Shown piece by piece: positions 1 through 9,232 of a DNA stretch of 64,000 nt. The notes beneath the pieces were generated by a model that was given only the letters and a program-made list of their open reading frames with translations, ran no database searches and was not told the DNA's origin. This DNA is from an uncultured cyanobacterium (GTDB lineage Bacteria; Cyanobacteriota; Cyanobacteriia; Cyanobacteriales; Microcystaceae). The stretch covers positions 68,348 through 132,347 of the forward strand of contig CAWEDJ010000075.1 of assembly GCA_963807635.1 (NCBI GenBank), in the 5' to 3' direction. How positions within the stretch are numbered: the first letter of the stretch is position 1; each line of letters starts with the position of its first letter. The position numbers were made by a program, and so were the translations under genes.

Positions 1-31
1 ATTGCGTGCGCCCTATTGACAAAAATCTGTC

Positions 32-619
32 ATGAAATTCGATCCAGAAAAACATCATCGTCGTTCTATTCGTCTTAGAAATTACAATTATTCCCAGCCA
101 GGATATTATTTTTTAACTATCTGCACTTATAAAAAACAATGTTGGTTTGGAGAAATTAAAAATGATCGAATGCACCTTAATCAAATCGGAAAAATTGTTA
201 TGGAGGAATGGTTAAATACACCTAAAATTAGACAAAATTTTCAATTAGATTAATGGATTATTATGCCTAATCATTTACACGGTATTGTGATTATTAATGA
301 GAATATTTTAAAATCAGGTGAGGAGAATATACATCTTTTGGGCGCACGCAATGCGCCCCTACGGCAGGAACCGAATTCTATTTCGTCTTTTGTTGCGGGA
401 TTTAAATCGGCTGTTACCAAACGGATCAATTTGTTACGAAATAATCGAGATATTCCCATTTGGCAAAGAAATTATTATGAATCAATTATTCGAGATGAAC
501 AATCATTAATAGCGATTCAGAAATATATTTTGAATAATTCTTTTCACTGGGAAAAAGACCCTGATAATCCAAAAAATGATCCATCAGAGCAATTATTAAA
601 TTTGGATTTATATTTTTGA
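32..619 (+). pseudogene. REP-associated tyrosine (Y1/HUH) transposase, RAYT-like, with in-frame TAA at 251-253
   Basis: ORFs 32..253 and 263..619 are in the same frame: RRSIRL..YSQPGYYFLTICT...QLD*WIIMPNHLHGI...WQRNYYESIIRDE..YILNN (HUH motif HLH, conserved Tyr). The single stop may be real or an error. Confidence 0.85.
340..362 (-). repeat. GTAG-type REP element inside the RAYT coding sequence
   Basis: Reverse complement reads GTAGGGGCGCATTGCGTGCGCCC (GTAG tail + hairpin). Window bases 1-13 (ATTGCGTGCGCCC) are the 3' part of an inverted copy. Confidence 0.75.
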
Positions 620-703
620 AGATGATCGCTATTTTGAATTTAGCCAATGAGAAGCGATCGCGAAAATCGTTCAATAACAATTCCTTAATCCATTATAAAT
701 TAT

Positions 704-1113
704 TTAATTGTCTGTAAAAAGTCCACTGGAACCCATCGTTTGACAATAATGAAGGAAAGATAGAAAATCTGTTTCGCAGTCGATCGCAATAATCCTAGCT
801 CCAATTTCGTCGTACTGTTCATTGCGAACCTTGCGCCAGACAGGATGAACCGTCACTTTAACTTCAGGTAATGACTCGGTATCACCCCGCTTGAGAATAA
901 TAGAAAAAGAGTCTTCCTGGGCCAAGTATTCGGTAAACTAAGACAAATGCCCGTTTCCGTTATATCAAAAGAGACACCGACAAAATGACCAGATTCATCT
1001 AGAATTTGGCAAAATGCTAGAACTCTCTCTACTTTTCGCCGTTCTTGCATCCGTTGCTCAAATTCAAATTGAGATAAGGAATCGTTTGCGTGGGGGGCTA
1101 GCTGCTCATTCAT
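704..1113 (-). CDS. PilZ domain protein (apparent frameshift near 920)
   Basis: ERRKVER (RxxxR) and DITETG (DxSxxG-like) motifs in ORF 853..1113; continues in ORF 704..925 (VWRKVRNEQYDEIGARII). Shift lies at a C-run. Confidence 0.75.
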
Positions 1114-1382
1114 AATTCAGTTATACCTCGATAAAGCCGATAGTTTTAATCTCAAAATTGTGATGATAATTCCTATTATGCAATCTAAGTCAAGGACTTT
1201 CATGTGATATAGATCATGAGTTAGTCCTTAAGGATTGAACCTCGGAGATGGATTTAGCGTCTCAAGATCTGAGGAAACCCAATTATCTCGTCTTTAAGGG
1301 GAAATCCAACCATCAATTTCTGATTAATTTTAATAGTCTCACCGCCCGTTCAACCTGTGATTTTCAGTCGAGCCTGATTCCC

Positions 1383-2369
1383 ATGTTTCAATTTCAGATC
1401 CAAAACGATAGCGATATTTCGGCTTCTAAACAACTTTTTGACCAGATTCGCTTTGCGATCGCCTGCCGTCAGTATTCTCCTGGTCATCGTTTACCCAGTA
1501 CCCGCCAATTGGCCATGATCACTGGTTTACACCGCAACACCATTAGCAAAGTTTACCAACAACTGGAAGAATCGGGACTAGTGGAATCGATCGCGGGGTC
1601 GGGCATTTATGTGAAAGTACAAAACCAGGAAAACAAAGTCGCTTCCCTAGATTCTCCAATTTTTCAGCAATACCCTGAAGCCAGTCAGCTTATCCAAAAA
1701 AATCTGGATGAATTGTTACTCAAAGGATTAAGTTTGTCCCAGGTGCGGGAATTATTTCTGGCAACCATCGATTGGCGATTGCGTTCTATGGCCAAGGTTT
1801 TGGTGACAACTCCCCAACGAGATTTTGGGGCGGGAGAATTAATTTTGCAGGAATTGGAGCAATTTCTCGATATTCCTGTGCAATTAGTCCCAATGGAGGA
1901 GTTGAGCCACACGCTTTCTGAAACCCAATCGGGAACGGTGGTAACGAGTCGTTATTTTCTGGCAGAGGCCGAATCTCTGGCGGCTCCCTTTGGTATTCGG
2001 GTCATTCCTGTGGATATTTACGATTACAGTAAGGAATTAGCCATGATCAAAAAATTACCCAAGGATACTTGCTTAGGCGTGGTGAGTCTCAGTCCTGGTA
2101 TTTTAAGCATTGCCGAAATTTTGATCCATAGTCTGCGGGGGGAAGAGATTTTTGTTAAGTGTGCCCAGGTCAGCGATCGCTTAAAATTAAGAACCGTCGT
2201 CCGTTCTGCCCGCATCATTCTGTCCGATCTCGCCAGTCATCCCTTGGTTATGCAAGCGATCGCCGAAAATCGAGATGATTTAATTCGTTTCCCTGAAGTG
2301 ATTTGTAGTGAACCCTACATCGGCGAAAAATCGATTAATACCTTAAAATTAGAGCTAGGATTAGGATAA
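1383..2369 (+). CDS. plmA: GntR-family transcriptional regulator, cyanobacterial PlmA type
   Basis: N-terminal wHTH (GHRLPSTRQLAMITGLHRNTISKVYQQLEE) and cyanobacterial C-terminal domain; ATG at 1383. Confidence 0.8.
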   Translation: MFQFQIQNDSDISASKQLFDQIRFAIACRQYSPGHRLPSTRQLAMITGLHRNTISKVYQQLEESGLVESIAGSGIYVKVQNQENKVASLDSPIFQQYPEASQLIQKNLDELLLKGLSLSQVRELFLATIDWRLRSMAKVLVTTPQRDFGAGELILQELEQFLDIPVQLVPMEELSHTLSETQSGTVVTSRYFLAEAESLAAPFGIRVIPVDIYDYSKELAMIKKLPKDTCLGVVSLSPGILSIAEILIHSLRGEEIFVKCAQVSDRLKLRTVVRSARIILSDLASHPLVMQAIAENRDDLIRFPEVICSEPYIGEKSINTLKLELGLG

Positions 2370-2379
2370 GTAAAAAAAA

Positions 2380-3060
2380 ATGGCTCAGGGTGACCAAATC
2401 TACGTTTATCGAGAACTCCTGAATTTAGAAGGGGTCTATGAACATCATGGCATTGATTGCGGTGATGGGACGGTGATTCATTATCGTAAACCCAGCGAAA
2501 CGATTGAACGGACGAGTTGGCAGGTTTTTAAACGGGGAAATCCGATTTATCGCAAAAAGCATGAGCAACAATTTTGTTTTTTACCCGATATCGTTATTAA
2601 TCGAGCCGAAAGTCGTTTAGGAGAACAAAAATATCATTTACTATTCAATAATTGCGAACATTTTGCGAACTGGTGTAAAACAGGTATCAGCGAAAGCAAA
2701 CAAATTCGGGACTTTTTACCCTTTATTACCCAATTAAATCCAGAAAAATTACCCCAGTTTTTCCAGGAAGTTTTTAAAGATAGTGATCCCGATAAGGCTC
2801 AACGCTTGCTCAAGGATGCCCTCGGTGATTTAAAAGAAGTTTGGGACGACATTCAGCCCCGCTATCAATCCGCTCGTTTGGAATCCGCTAGTTGGCAACG
2901 GGTCGCTCAGGAAGCATTAAAGGGCGATCGCGAAGATCTGGCGCGGGCTGCGATCGCTAAAAAACAGGATTATCAACGGCAAGCCGATCAATTTGAAACC
3001 CAATTAAAAGAGTTGGGTCTGCTCACCGAAAAAATTTTGAAACAGACCTTGTTACCCTGA
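2380..3060 (+). CDS. LRAT/NC-domain protein with C-terminal PspA/IM30-like helices
   Basis: YEHHGID, VIHY and NNCEHF motifs; C-terminal WQRVAQEALKGDREDLARAAIAKK. Confidence 0.8.
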   Translation: MAQGDQIYVYRELLNLEGVYEHHGIDCGDGTVIHYRKPSETIERTSWQVFKRGNPIYRKKHEQQFCFLPDIVINRAESRLGEQKYHLLFNNCEHFANWCKTGISESKQIRDFLPFITQLNPEKLPQFFQEVFKDSDPDKAQRLLKDALGDLKEVWDDIQPRYQSARLESASWQRVAQEALKGDREDLARAAIAKKQDYQRQADQFETQLKELGLLTEKILKQTLLP

Positions 3061-3104
3061 GAATAGTTTCTTATCAGAAAATTTTTAAACAAGTTTCAAG
3101 TTAC

Positions 3105-3255
3105 CGCTGTTCTATCACTCTAGAGAGAAAATAGATAGAAACCACAAGGAAAAATTATCTTCAACAGAGAATTTGTTAGTTTACTTAACTGGAAGAATAA
3201 ACGGCAAAATACTCGCAGAATTTGAGGTGTAAAAATTACGACTAACCAAGGTTTA
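3105..3255 (-). mobile_element. IS701-family right-end remnant (inverted, diverged copy of about 4570-4720)
   Basis: Reverse complement aligns to 4570-4720; both end in CGCTGTTCTATCA. Confidence 0.7.
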
Positions 3256-4316
3256 CAGCAAATTTCGTTCAAACCCGCTACAAGTATGGTAACATGAAAA
3301 AAACTTAAAAAAATTAATGAGATATGGCAGCATATTCGCTAGATTTACGCCAAAGAATACTAACGGCATGGCAAAACCAAGAAAATACTCAAAGAGGTTT
3401 AGCAAAACGATTTAAGGTTAGCTTATCTTTCGTTCGCGATTTTTTACGTCGGTATCGACAAACAAATGAAATAGCACCCAAACCCCAAGGGGGAGATCGC
3501 CGTTCAAAGATAAAGGGTGAAGACGAAGAATTATTAAAAAAAATAGTTGCAGAACAAAATGATATATATTTACGAGAAATCCAAGAAAAATTGCAACAAG
3601 AGAAAGGAATAGAAGTAAGTATATCGGGGGTAAGTCGAACTCTTACACGTTTAGAATTAGGGCGTAAAAAAAAAACATTAGTAGCAAGTGAGCAAGGCAC
3701 AGAAAAGGTTAAAGAATCGCGTTATGAATTTAGACGTTGGCTAGAGACGATAGATATAAGAAACCTGATATTCATTGATGAGACGGGTCTTAATCTAGCG
3801 ATGGTAAGACTCTATGCGCGTTGTCTGGGAGGAGAAAGGGTTTATGATGAGCGTCCAGGAAATAAAGGACAAAACATCACTTTAATTGGGGCGATGAGTG
3901 ATGAAGGTTTGATTGCCTCAATGACCTTTCCTGGCAGTCTAAATACCGATAGTTTTTTAGTCTTTATTGAGCAAGTATTATTACCTCAGTTATGGGCAGG
4001 GGCAATTGTCGTGATGGATAATTTGTCTGTACATTACGCTACCGTCACTACAAATCTGATTGAATCTGTTGGAGCCAAGGTTAAATTTTTACCTTCCTAT
4101 TCGCCAGATTTATCACCAATTGAGTTGTGTTGGTCTAAATTAAAAGAAATTATTCGCTCTGCTAAAGCTCGAACAATCGAGGCTCTTGACGAAGCTATTA
4201 CTAATGCGATCAATACCATTACTGATGAAAATGCTCTTGATTGGTTCCAACATTGTGGTCTCTATTTTGAGCCTTTGAGATAGCTTTTTTGTAGTGCGTT
4301 TGATCGGAAATTGCTG
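3256..4316 (+). mobile_element. IS630-family insertion sequence
   Basis: 28-bp imperfect TIRs (CAGCAAATTTCGTTCAAACCCGCTACAA / CAGCAATTTCCGATCAAACGCACTACAA, 23/28) flanked by TA on both sides. Confidence 0.9.
3324..4283 (+). CDS. IS630-family transposase
   Basis: YSLDLRQR N-terminal HTH; DDE motifs FIDETG, VMDNLSVH, YSPDLSPIELCWSKLK. Confidence 0.92.
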   Translation: MAAYSLDLRQRILTAWQNQENTQRGLAKRFKVSLSFVRDFLRRYRQTNEIAPKPQGGDRRSKIKGEDEELLKKIVAEQNDIYLREIQEKLQQEKGIEVSISGVSRTLTRLELGRKKKTLVASEQGTEKVKESRYEFRRWLETIDIRNLIFIDETGLNLAMVRLYARCLGGERVYDERPGNKGQNITLIGAMSDEGLIASMTFPGSLNTDSFLVFIEQVLLPQLWAGAIVVMDNLSVHYATVTTNLIESVGAKVKFLPSYSPDLSPIELCWSKLKEIIRSAKARTIEALDEAITNAINTITDENALDWFQHCGLYFEPLR

Positions 4317-4318
4317 TA

Positions 4319-4720
4319 GGATGGGCAGATTTTCGAGTAACAGAATATAAAAAAATTGAAAAGTGGTGGGAACTGGTCATGAGTGCTTACTTAATGGTGA
4401 GTCTTCAATCAGAAGCCTTGAACAAATCCAGAAAACCTCCTGATACATTAGCTGAATCTGCTCAAGAAGAAATGCAGAAACACCCAAAATGGAATAAGGG
4501 AAAGGGCTGGAAAAATACCCTCAATAATTTACGATTGTTTATTCAGCCATTATGTTACTTCAATCTGCTTAAACCTTGGTTAGTCGTGATTTTTACTCCT
4601 CAAATACTGCGAGTATTTTGTCGTCTATTCTTCCAGTTAAGTAAACTAACAAATTCTCTGTTGGAGATGATTTTTCCGCGTGATTTCTATCTATCTTCTG
4701 CCTAGATTGATAGAACAGCG
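4319..4720 (+). pseudogene. IS701-family transposase C-terminal fragment plus right end
   Basis: Reads GWADFRVTEYKKIEKWWELVMSAYLMVSL...KGWKNTLNNLRLFIQP directly after IS630; 5' part absent. Confidence 0.75.
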
Positions 4721-4761
4721 CTAAATAGCGATCGCATAGTGTCACTCTTGTGATCGCAGTT

Positions 4762-5001
4762 TTAGGGATTAGGGAAAAAACCAAACTTAATAATGGCTCC
4801 TACTACGGCAACGATGAGAACCCAAATTTGCGATCGCTGGCTCCCTCTTAAATCTTTGACATCTTCTTTAACCGTTGTGACATAAGCTTTTAGGGTTGCT
4901 ATATCAATTTTTATTGTGGTTACATCGCTTTCAATAGCTCCCAATCTTTTATCAATTCGGTCTAGGATTTCCTTAAGGTCGGTTTCAATCGTGGTTGCCA
5001 T
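4762..5001 (-). CDS. Small coiled-coil protein with C-terminal TM helix (cassette gene A; DUF4164/XhlA/Bdr-like)
   Basis: Heptad repeats then IWVLIVAVVGAII; AAGGA RBS; 77/79 aa identical to 47961..48200. Confidence 0.8.
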   Translation of the reverse strand: MATTIETDLKEILDRIDKRLGAIESDVTTIKIDIATLKAYVTTVKEDVKDLRGSQRSQIWVLIVAVVGAIIKFGFFPNP

Positions 5002-5120
5002 GATGTATTATTCCTTTAAGTTTTTGATTGAAGGGAAAAGTTAGCCGCTTCTTTTTTCTATTTTATGGGTTAATTTATGGGAGCGAGGTTATGATCGCGT
5101 GGCGGTATTGGGCGATCGCA
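5002..5120 (-). repeat. Conserved inter-cassette module (HIP1-like pair, TAAAAT -10, leader hairpin, RBS)
   Basis: Homologous to 5510-5590, 47860-47960, 48201-48321 and 48595-48668. Confidence 0.75.
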
Positions 5121-5209
5121 CTAATTGGAATTTGTTCTAAAAAATATTTTCATTTAAGCAAAAATAAGGTTGTGGCGATCGTACTTTTTCTAATGATTTT
5201 GATCGCAGT

Positions 5210-5509
5210 TTAAGGACGGATACCACCGCTTTTAAGAAACCAGCCGATAGTTCCCCCAATAGTTCCACTGAAGATCGAACTAATCATTGCAGTAGCGATA
5301 ATCAAACCAATTTGTTTCCAGTTTTTGAGTTCTCCTACTTTTTCGGCTAGGTCTGGAATTTTCTGGAGATTAGGTTGTTGAGATTGTAGAGTGGCCTCTA
5401 TTTTCCCAACACTAACTTTAAGGTCGGTTATTTCCGCATCAAGACGACTAAAGCCAGATGTAATTAAATCTTTTAATTCTTTAAGGTCGGTATCGGTGAC
5501 GGTTGCCAT
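5210..5509 (-). CDS. Small coiled-coil protein with C-terminal TM helix (cassette gene B)
   Basis: MATVTDTDLKEL start like the paralogues; coiled coil; TM IGLIIATAMISSIFSGTIGG. Confidence 0.8.
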   Translation of the reverse strand: MATVTDTDLKELKDLITSGFSRLDAEITDLKVSVGKIEATLQSQQPNLQKIPDLAEKVGELKNWKQIGLIIATAMISSIFSGTIGGTIGWFLKSGGIRP

Positions 5510-5590
5510 GATGTATGATTCCTTTCGTTTTTGATTGAAGGGAGAAGTTGGCCGCTTCTTTTTTCTATTTTATAGGGTAATCTATTACAT
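5510..5590 (-). promoter_or_regulatory. Cassette promoter/leader module
   Basis: Minus strand: TAGATTACCCTATAAAATAGAAAAAAGAAGCGGCCAACTTCTCCCTTCAATCAAAAACGAAAGGAATCATACATC-ATG. Confidence 0.7.
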
Positions 5591-5630
5591 CGCGGCACTG
5601 TATAATCGCACTGCGCCAACTTATAACGCT

Positions 5631-6389
5631 CTATTTTTTTTCTCTGAGCTTGCGCTGGAATGCTCTGATGCTGTCTTTAATAATAGCGTTCAAATTGATA
5701 CCTACACCTGCAATATTAGGCTTAAGTTCTAGCCATTCGGATTTATCAGCAATATCATCGGCAATCGCCTTTCGGGCTTTGGGTGGAATAATCTCGTAAT
5801 CAAGCAGCTTGGATACGGCATTAGTTGAATCACAGTAATCTAAATACTCTGAAGCTTTTGCTGGCTCAAATACTTTTGCCTGTCCAAGAAGAATGAAAGA
5901 AAATGACTCCCATCTTGAAGAGAGACGCATAGTAGTCAGTGAAGTATTACAAGTCGTATCCCAAACAGTATCATACTGGTAATGTCTTTTCTTCTGCACC
6001 TCTGGGTTGGTTTTATCATATGGATCAACAATATGTAGCTCCGTAAACTTGAAGTTAGGAGGTAACACTAGATTGTAAAATCCACCAGATCCTTGTCGTG
6101 GAGAACCGACGGGAAGCCCCATGTGTTCCCAATAAAAATTTATAGCTGTTTCTGAATCATTTATTTGGAATTTTCTTAATTTTGTTTTTTGGATCTGAAT
6201 TGAACAAGTTGATGCGTTGTAGACTCTTGATCCACCTATATTTATAGAATCTGAGCTATCAAACTCAATCTCAATGTCACGAAGACGATCAATAACGACC
6301 GAAGCATTATCGTCAAGTGGTGTAATTTTATACGTTGTAAGAACACCGTCAGGACTTATGTAATCAATCAGGGCAACAGCTATGTACAT
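5631..6389 (-). CDS. Hypothetical protein, 252 aa, probably foreign
   Basis: Long ORF with no HIP1 sites; C-terminal LELKPNIAGVGINLNAII motif. Confidence 0.7.
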   Translation of the reverse strand: MYIAVALIDYISPDGVLTTYKITPLDDNASVVIDRLRDIEIEFDSSDSINIGGSRVYNASTCSIQIQKTKLRKFQINDSETAINFYWEHMGLPVGSPRQGSGGFYNLVLPPNFKFTELHIVDPYDKTNPEVQKKRHYQYDTVWDTTCNTSLTTMRLSSRWESFSFILLGQAKVFEPAKASEYLDYCDSTNAVSKLLDYEIIPPKARKAIADDIADKSEWLELKPNIAGVGINLNAIIKDSIRAFQRKLREKK

Positions 6390-6688
6390 ACATTAAATAC
6401 TTGAGTTTTGAATTATTAATATTACTTGAGTATTCTGCCGATCACTTTTCAAGGATTCTCGGTTGACAACTGCAAACTATATTGAGACTGAACGCTAACA
6501 GGCAAGGTTCATAATGGGTCTCACCGATTATTTAGATGTTTAACTGTGAATTATACAGGGATTTTTTATATATTAGCCTAAATCGACTATTAGCCTAAAT
6601 AGACGATCAGAAGAAACATTTCTTATAATACCCTTTAAAACGTGTTATGCAGATTAATCACAATGATATTTAGTAACAATAATAAAGC

Positions 6689-7618
6689 TCACTTTTCAGT
6701 ACCGCATAACATATCTCCGTCTAATATTCTGATCCCAGATGTTTCAATCCCTCTCGCAATTTCATGCCCCCATCTATCACTCAATGTATGAATACCCTGT
6801 TCACCAAATTCTTGATGATATCCATCAGGTGCAGTCCACACTTCTTTTTCGTCATACTTTGTGTATTTAGGATCTAAGTATTCTGTAGGTACATATGTCA
6901 ATAAATCAGAGCATTCTTTTTTTGTGAGATTCTTTTTCAAAGAACGTATGATTAAAGTTCCTTGATGTCCACAGTCATCACACACGATATAATCGATAGC
7001 GTATGGCGGTAAATTTTTTATAATTCTTTCTCTTTCTTTTTTTTCAGCTTGAGCTTGTAGATCAGCAATCTGTTGTTGATGAATTGATTTTTTTGTAGCA
7101 ACCTCCTTATCACAGGCTAAACCTATATCATTTCTTTTTTTACCAGCTTTCTCATAGTCCTTAGAGATACAGGAAGTATCCTTCGTTATTTTTGGAGCGT
7201 AATACTTATGAAAAATATCTATACCAGGAGCAATTCTAGAGTTTAAATAAATAGCCTCTTTTAAGGATAATTTGCCACTAATAGCATTTTGTTTATAAGC
7301 ATATTTTTGTTTTTGAATCGAATTATAATCTACTAAAATAACACTTATTAAAGTAATGAAGAATAAAGCATATACAAAATACAAAAAAGGATACTTTTTA
7401 GTATATTTTATAAAAAATTGTATAATTGTTACAATCGCGATGAATAAAAAACTAAGTGCTTTTAAAATTGTTAGCAGTATAAAACATACTATCCAAAGAA
7501 TAGTACATCCTAAAAAAAAGTAAACGAAAGCCCAAAATAAAAGGTAAAATCCCATTAGCATTGAATATTTAGTCCTTTGTAACAGTAAATGAATTATTTT
7601 ATCTAAAAATAGCATCAA
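6689..7618 (-). CDS. Hypothetical membrane-anchored protein, very AT-rich
   Basis: 309-aa ORF; 2-3 N-terminal hydrophobic helices, Cys-containing soluble C-terminus; start uncertain. Confidence 0.6.
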   Translation of the reverse strand: MMLFLDKIIHLLLQRTKYSMLMGFYLLFWAFVYFFLGCTILWIVCFILLTILKALSFLFIAIVTIIQFFIKYTKKYPFLYFVYALFFITLISVILVDYNSIQKQKYAYKQNAISGKLSLKEAIYLNSRIAPGIDIFHKYYAPKITKDTSCISKDYEKAGKKRNDIGLACDKEVATKKSIHQQQIADLQAQAEKKERERIIKNLPPYAIDYIVCDDCGHQGTLIIRSLKKNLTKKECSDLLTYVPTEYLDPKYTKYDEKEVWTAPDGYHQEFGEQGIHTLSDRWGHEIARGIETSGIRILDGDMLCGTEK

Positions 7619-7787
7619 ACCGCAAAAAAGAAAGTAATGTGTTTTTACTCGAAATTCATTACCTTTTTAGCTTGAAATAACAGAGAAAGTATGCTATGCA
7701 CAAACCTTTCCAGAATATAGCCACTATAATCGCTGCCAAGAATAGATCCTAGCTACTGTCTATAATTTCGTCCTTAGTTCAAAAAAA

Positions 7788-9140
7788 TCAGAGTAAAGCT
7801 AAAGCCAAAGCTCGAAAATCATCACCTCGATGCTCAAAACTTTGATATTGGTCAAAACTCGCACAAGCAGGAGACAACAAAACCACCTTCGCGCCTTTTT
7901 CGGGAGCTAACTCCAATCCTCTTTTAACCGCGATCGCCATCGTTTCGACAATTTCATAATCGTAATAACCTGATTTTTTGAACTGTTCAGCAAAAGCAGA
8001 AGCCGCTTCCCCAATCAGTAAAACCGTAGCCGCTTTCTCCTTAATTTCCGCAATCCATTGACTATCATCCCCCTCCTTCGCTTCACCCCCTGCAATCAGA
8101 ATAGCGGGACTACTTACCGACGCTAAACCCACCGCCGCAGCATCATAATTTGTCGCCTTACTATCATTAATAAAATCGACACCTTTGATCGTACAAATTC
8201 TTTCTAAACGGTGAGAAACTCCCGAAAAAGTCGCCATCGCATCGGTGATAGCTTTCTTATCAATTTTCGCCAAACGAGCCGCCGCCGTTGCCATCAGTAA
8301 ATTTTGTTGATTATGACGACCCACCATTTTAAACAGATTAATTGGCAAAATTAATTCCCCAAAAGCACAAACCCAGTTATCTTGCAGATAAACGCCCTTT
8401 GCAGATTCACAGAGTAATTGCTCTTTTCCTTGCACACTTGTCCAATAAGCATCATTCCATTCCTGTTGACCCACGCTGGCTAAATGGGCATCATCTCCAT
8501 TAAAAATCTGTAATTTAGACCGTTTTAATAAAGACGCTTTGATGTTGTAATAATTTTCCAGGGTTTTATGACGACTTAGATGGTCAGGGGTAAAAGTTGT
8601 CCAGAGGCCAATTTTAGGCGCGAGTTCGGGGGAAGATTCAATTTGATAACTACTGATTTCGGCAATAATCCAATCAAAGGACTGATTTTGTAAAACCAAT
8701 TCACAGGCCGCATAACCGATATTGCCACAAGCAGGAGCATTTAAACCTGCGGATTTAAAAATTGCGTTGATTAATGCGGTCGTTGTCGTTTTTCCATTGG
8801 TTCCTGTAATGCCGACCCAGGGAGTACTTTTCAAATACCGCCAAGCAAGTTCTAATTCACCAATGACATCAATACCTTTTTCTCTGGCTTGCACAAGAGC
8901 AGGTAAATCCCAGGGAACGCCAGGACTGACGACAATTAATTGGGGTAAATCATCCAAATCTAAGGTTAATCGATGGCCTAAATCAAGCTGGATATCTTCT
9001 TTTTCTAACGGTTTACCCATTGCCTGCAAACTCTCGTTATTTGCGCGATCGCTGAGAACAACATCCCATCCTTCCCGTTTCAAAACTCTAGCGGCGGCAA
9101 TTCCCGAACGTCCCAACCCGATAATGTTAGCCTTGGCCAT
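7788..9140 (-). CDS. murD: UDP-N-acetylmuramoyl-L-alanine--D-glutamate ligase
   Basis: [35 protein letters not shown] motifs. Confidence 0.97.
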   Translation of the reverse strand: MAKANIIGLGRSGIAAARVLKREGWDVVLSDRANNESLQAMGKPLEKEDIQLDLGHRLTLDLDDLPQLIVVSPGVPWDLPALVQAREKGIDVIGELELAWRYLKSTPWVGITGTNGKTTTTALINAIFKSAGLNAPACGNIGYAACELVLQNQSFDWIIAEISSYQIESSPELAPKIGLWTTFTPDHLSRHKTLENYYNIKASLLKRSKLQIFNGDDAHLASVGQQEWNDAYWTSVQGKEQLLCESAKGVYLQDNWVCAFGELILPINLFKMVGRHNQQNLLMATAAARLAKIDKKAITDAMATFSGVSHRLERICTIKGVDFINDSKATNYDAAAVGLASVSSPAILIAGGEAKEGDDSQWIAEIKEKAATVLLIGEAASAFAEQFKKSGYYDYEIVETMAIAVKRGLELAPEKGAKVVLLSPACASFDQYQSFEHRGDDFRALALALL

Positions 9141-9232
9141 CCTAATCCTGATTTAACCTTATGTTAATTACTAAGCACAACATTCTATCCTAACCGTGCG
9201 GGGTATCTGTAACCGATTAGAATTTTTGTAAT

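Noticed and set aside
3661..3676. A10 run in IS630 as a programmed frameshift site
   Set aside because: This position is a known slippage site in some IS630 elements, but here the ORF is continuous and homopolymer length is unreliable in this assembly.
5028..5732. Two plus-strand ORFs with similar starts (MKGKVSRFFFLFY / MKGEVGRFFFLFY)
   Set aside because: They are the antisense reading of the conserved cassette leader; similarity ends with the module and there is no RBS.
5600..6660. Integron attC sites around the 252-aa orphan
   Set aside because: GTTATAA and GCATAAC cores occur but do not form a complementary R''/R' pair directly after the gene; no integrase is present.
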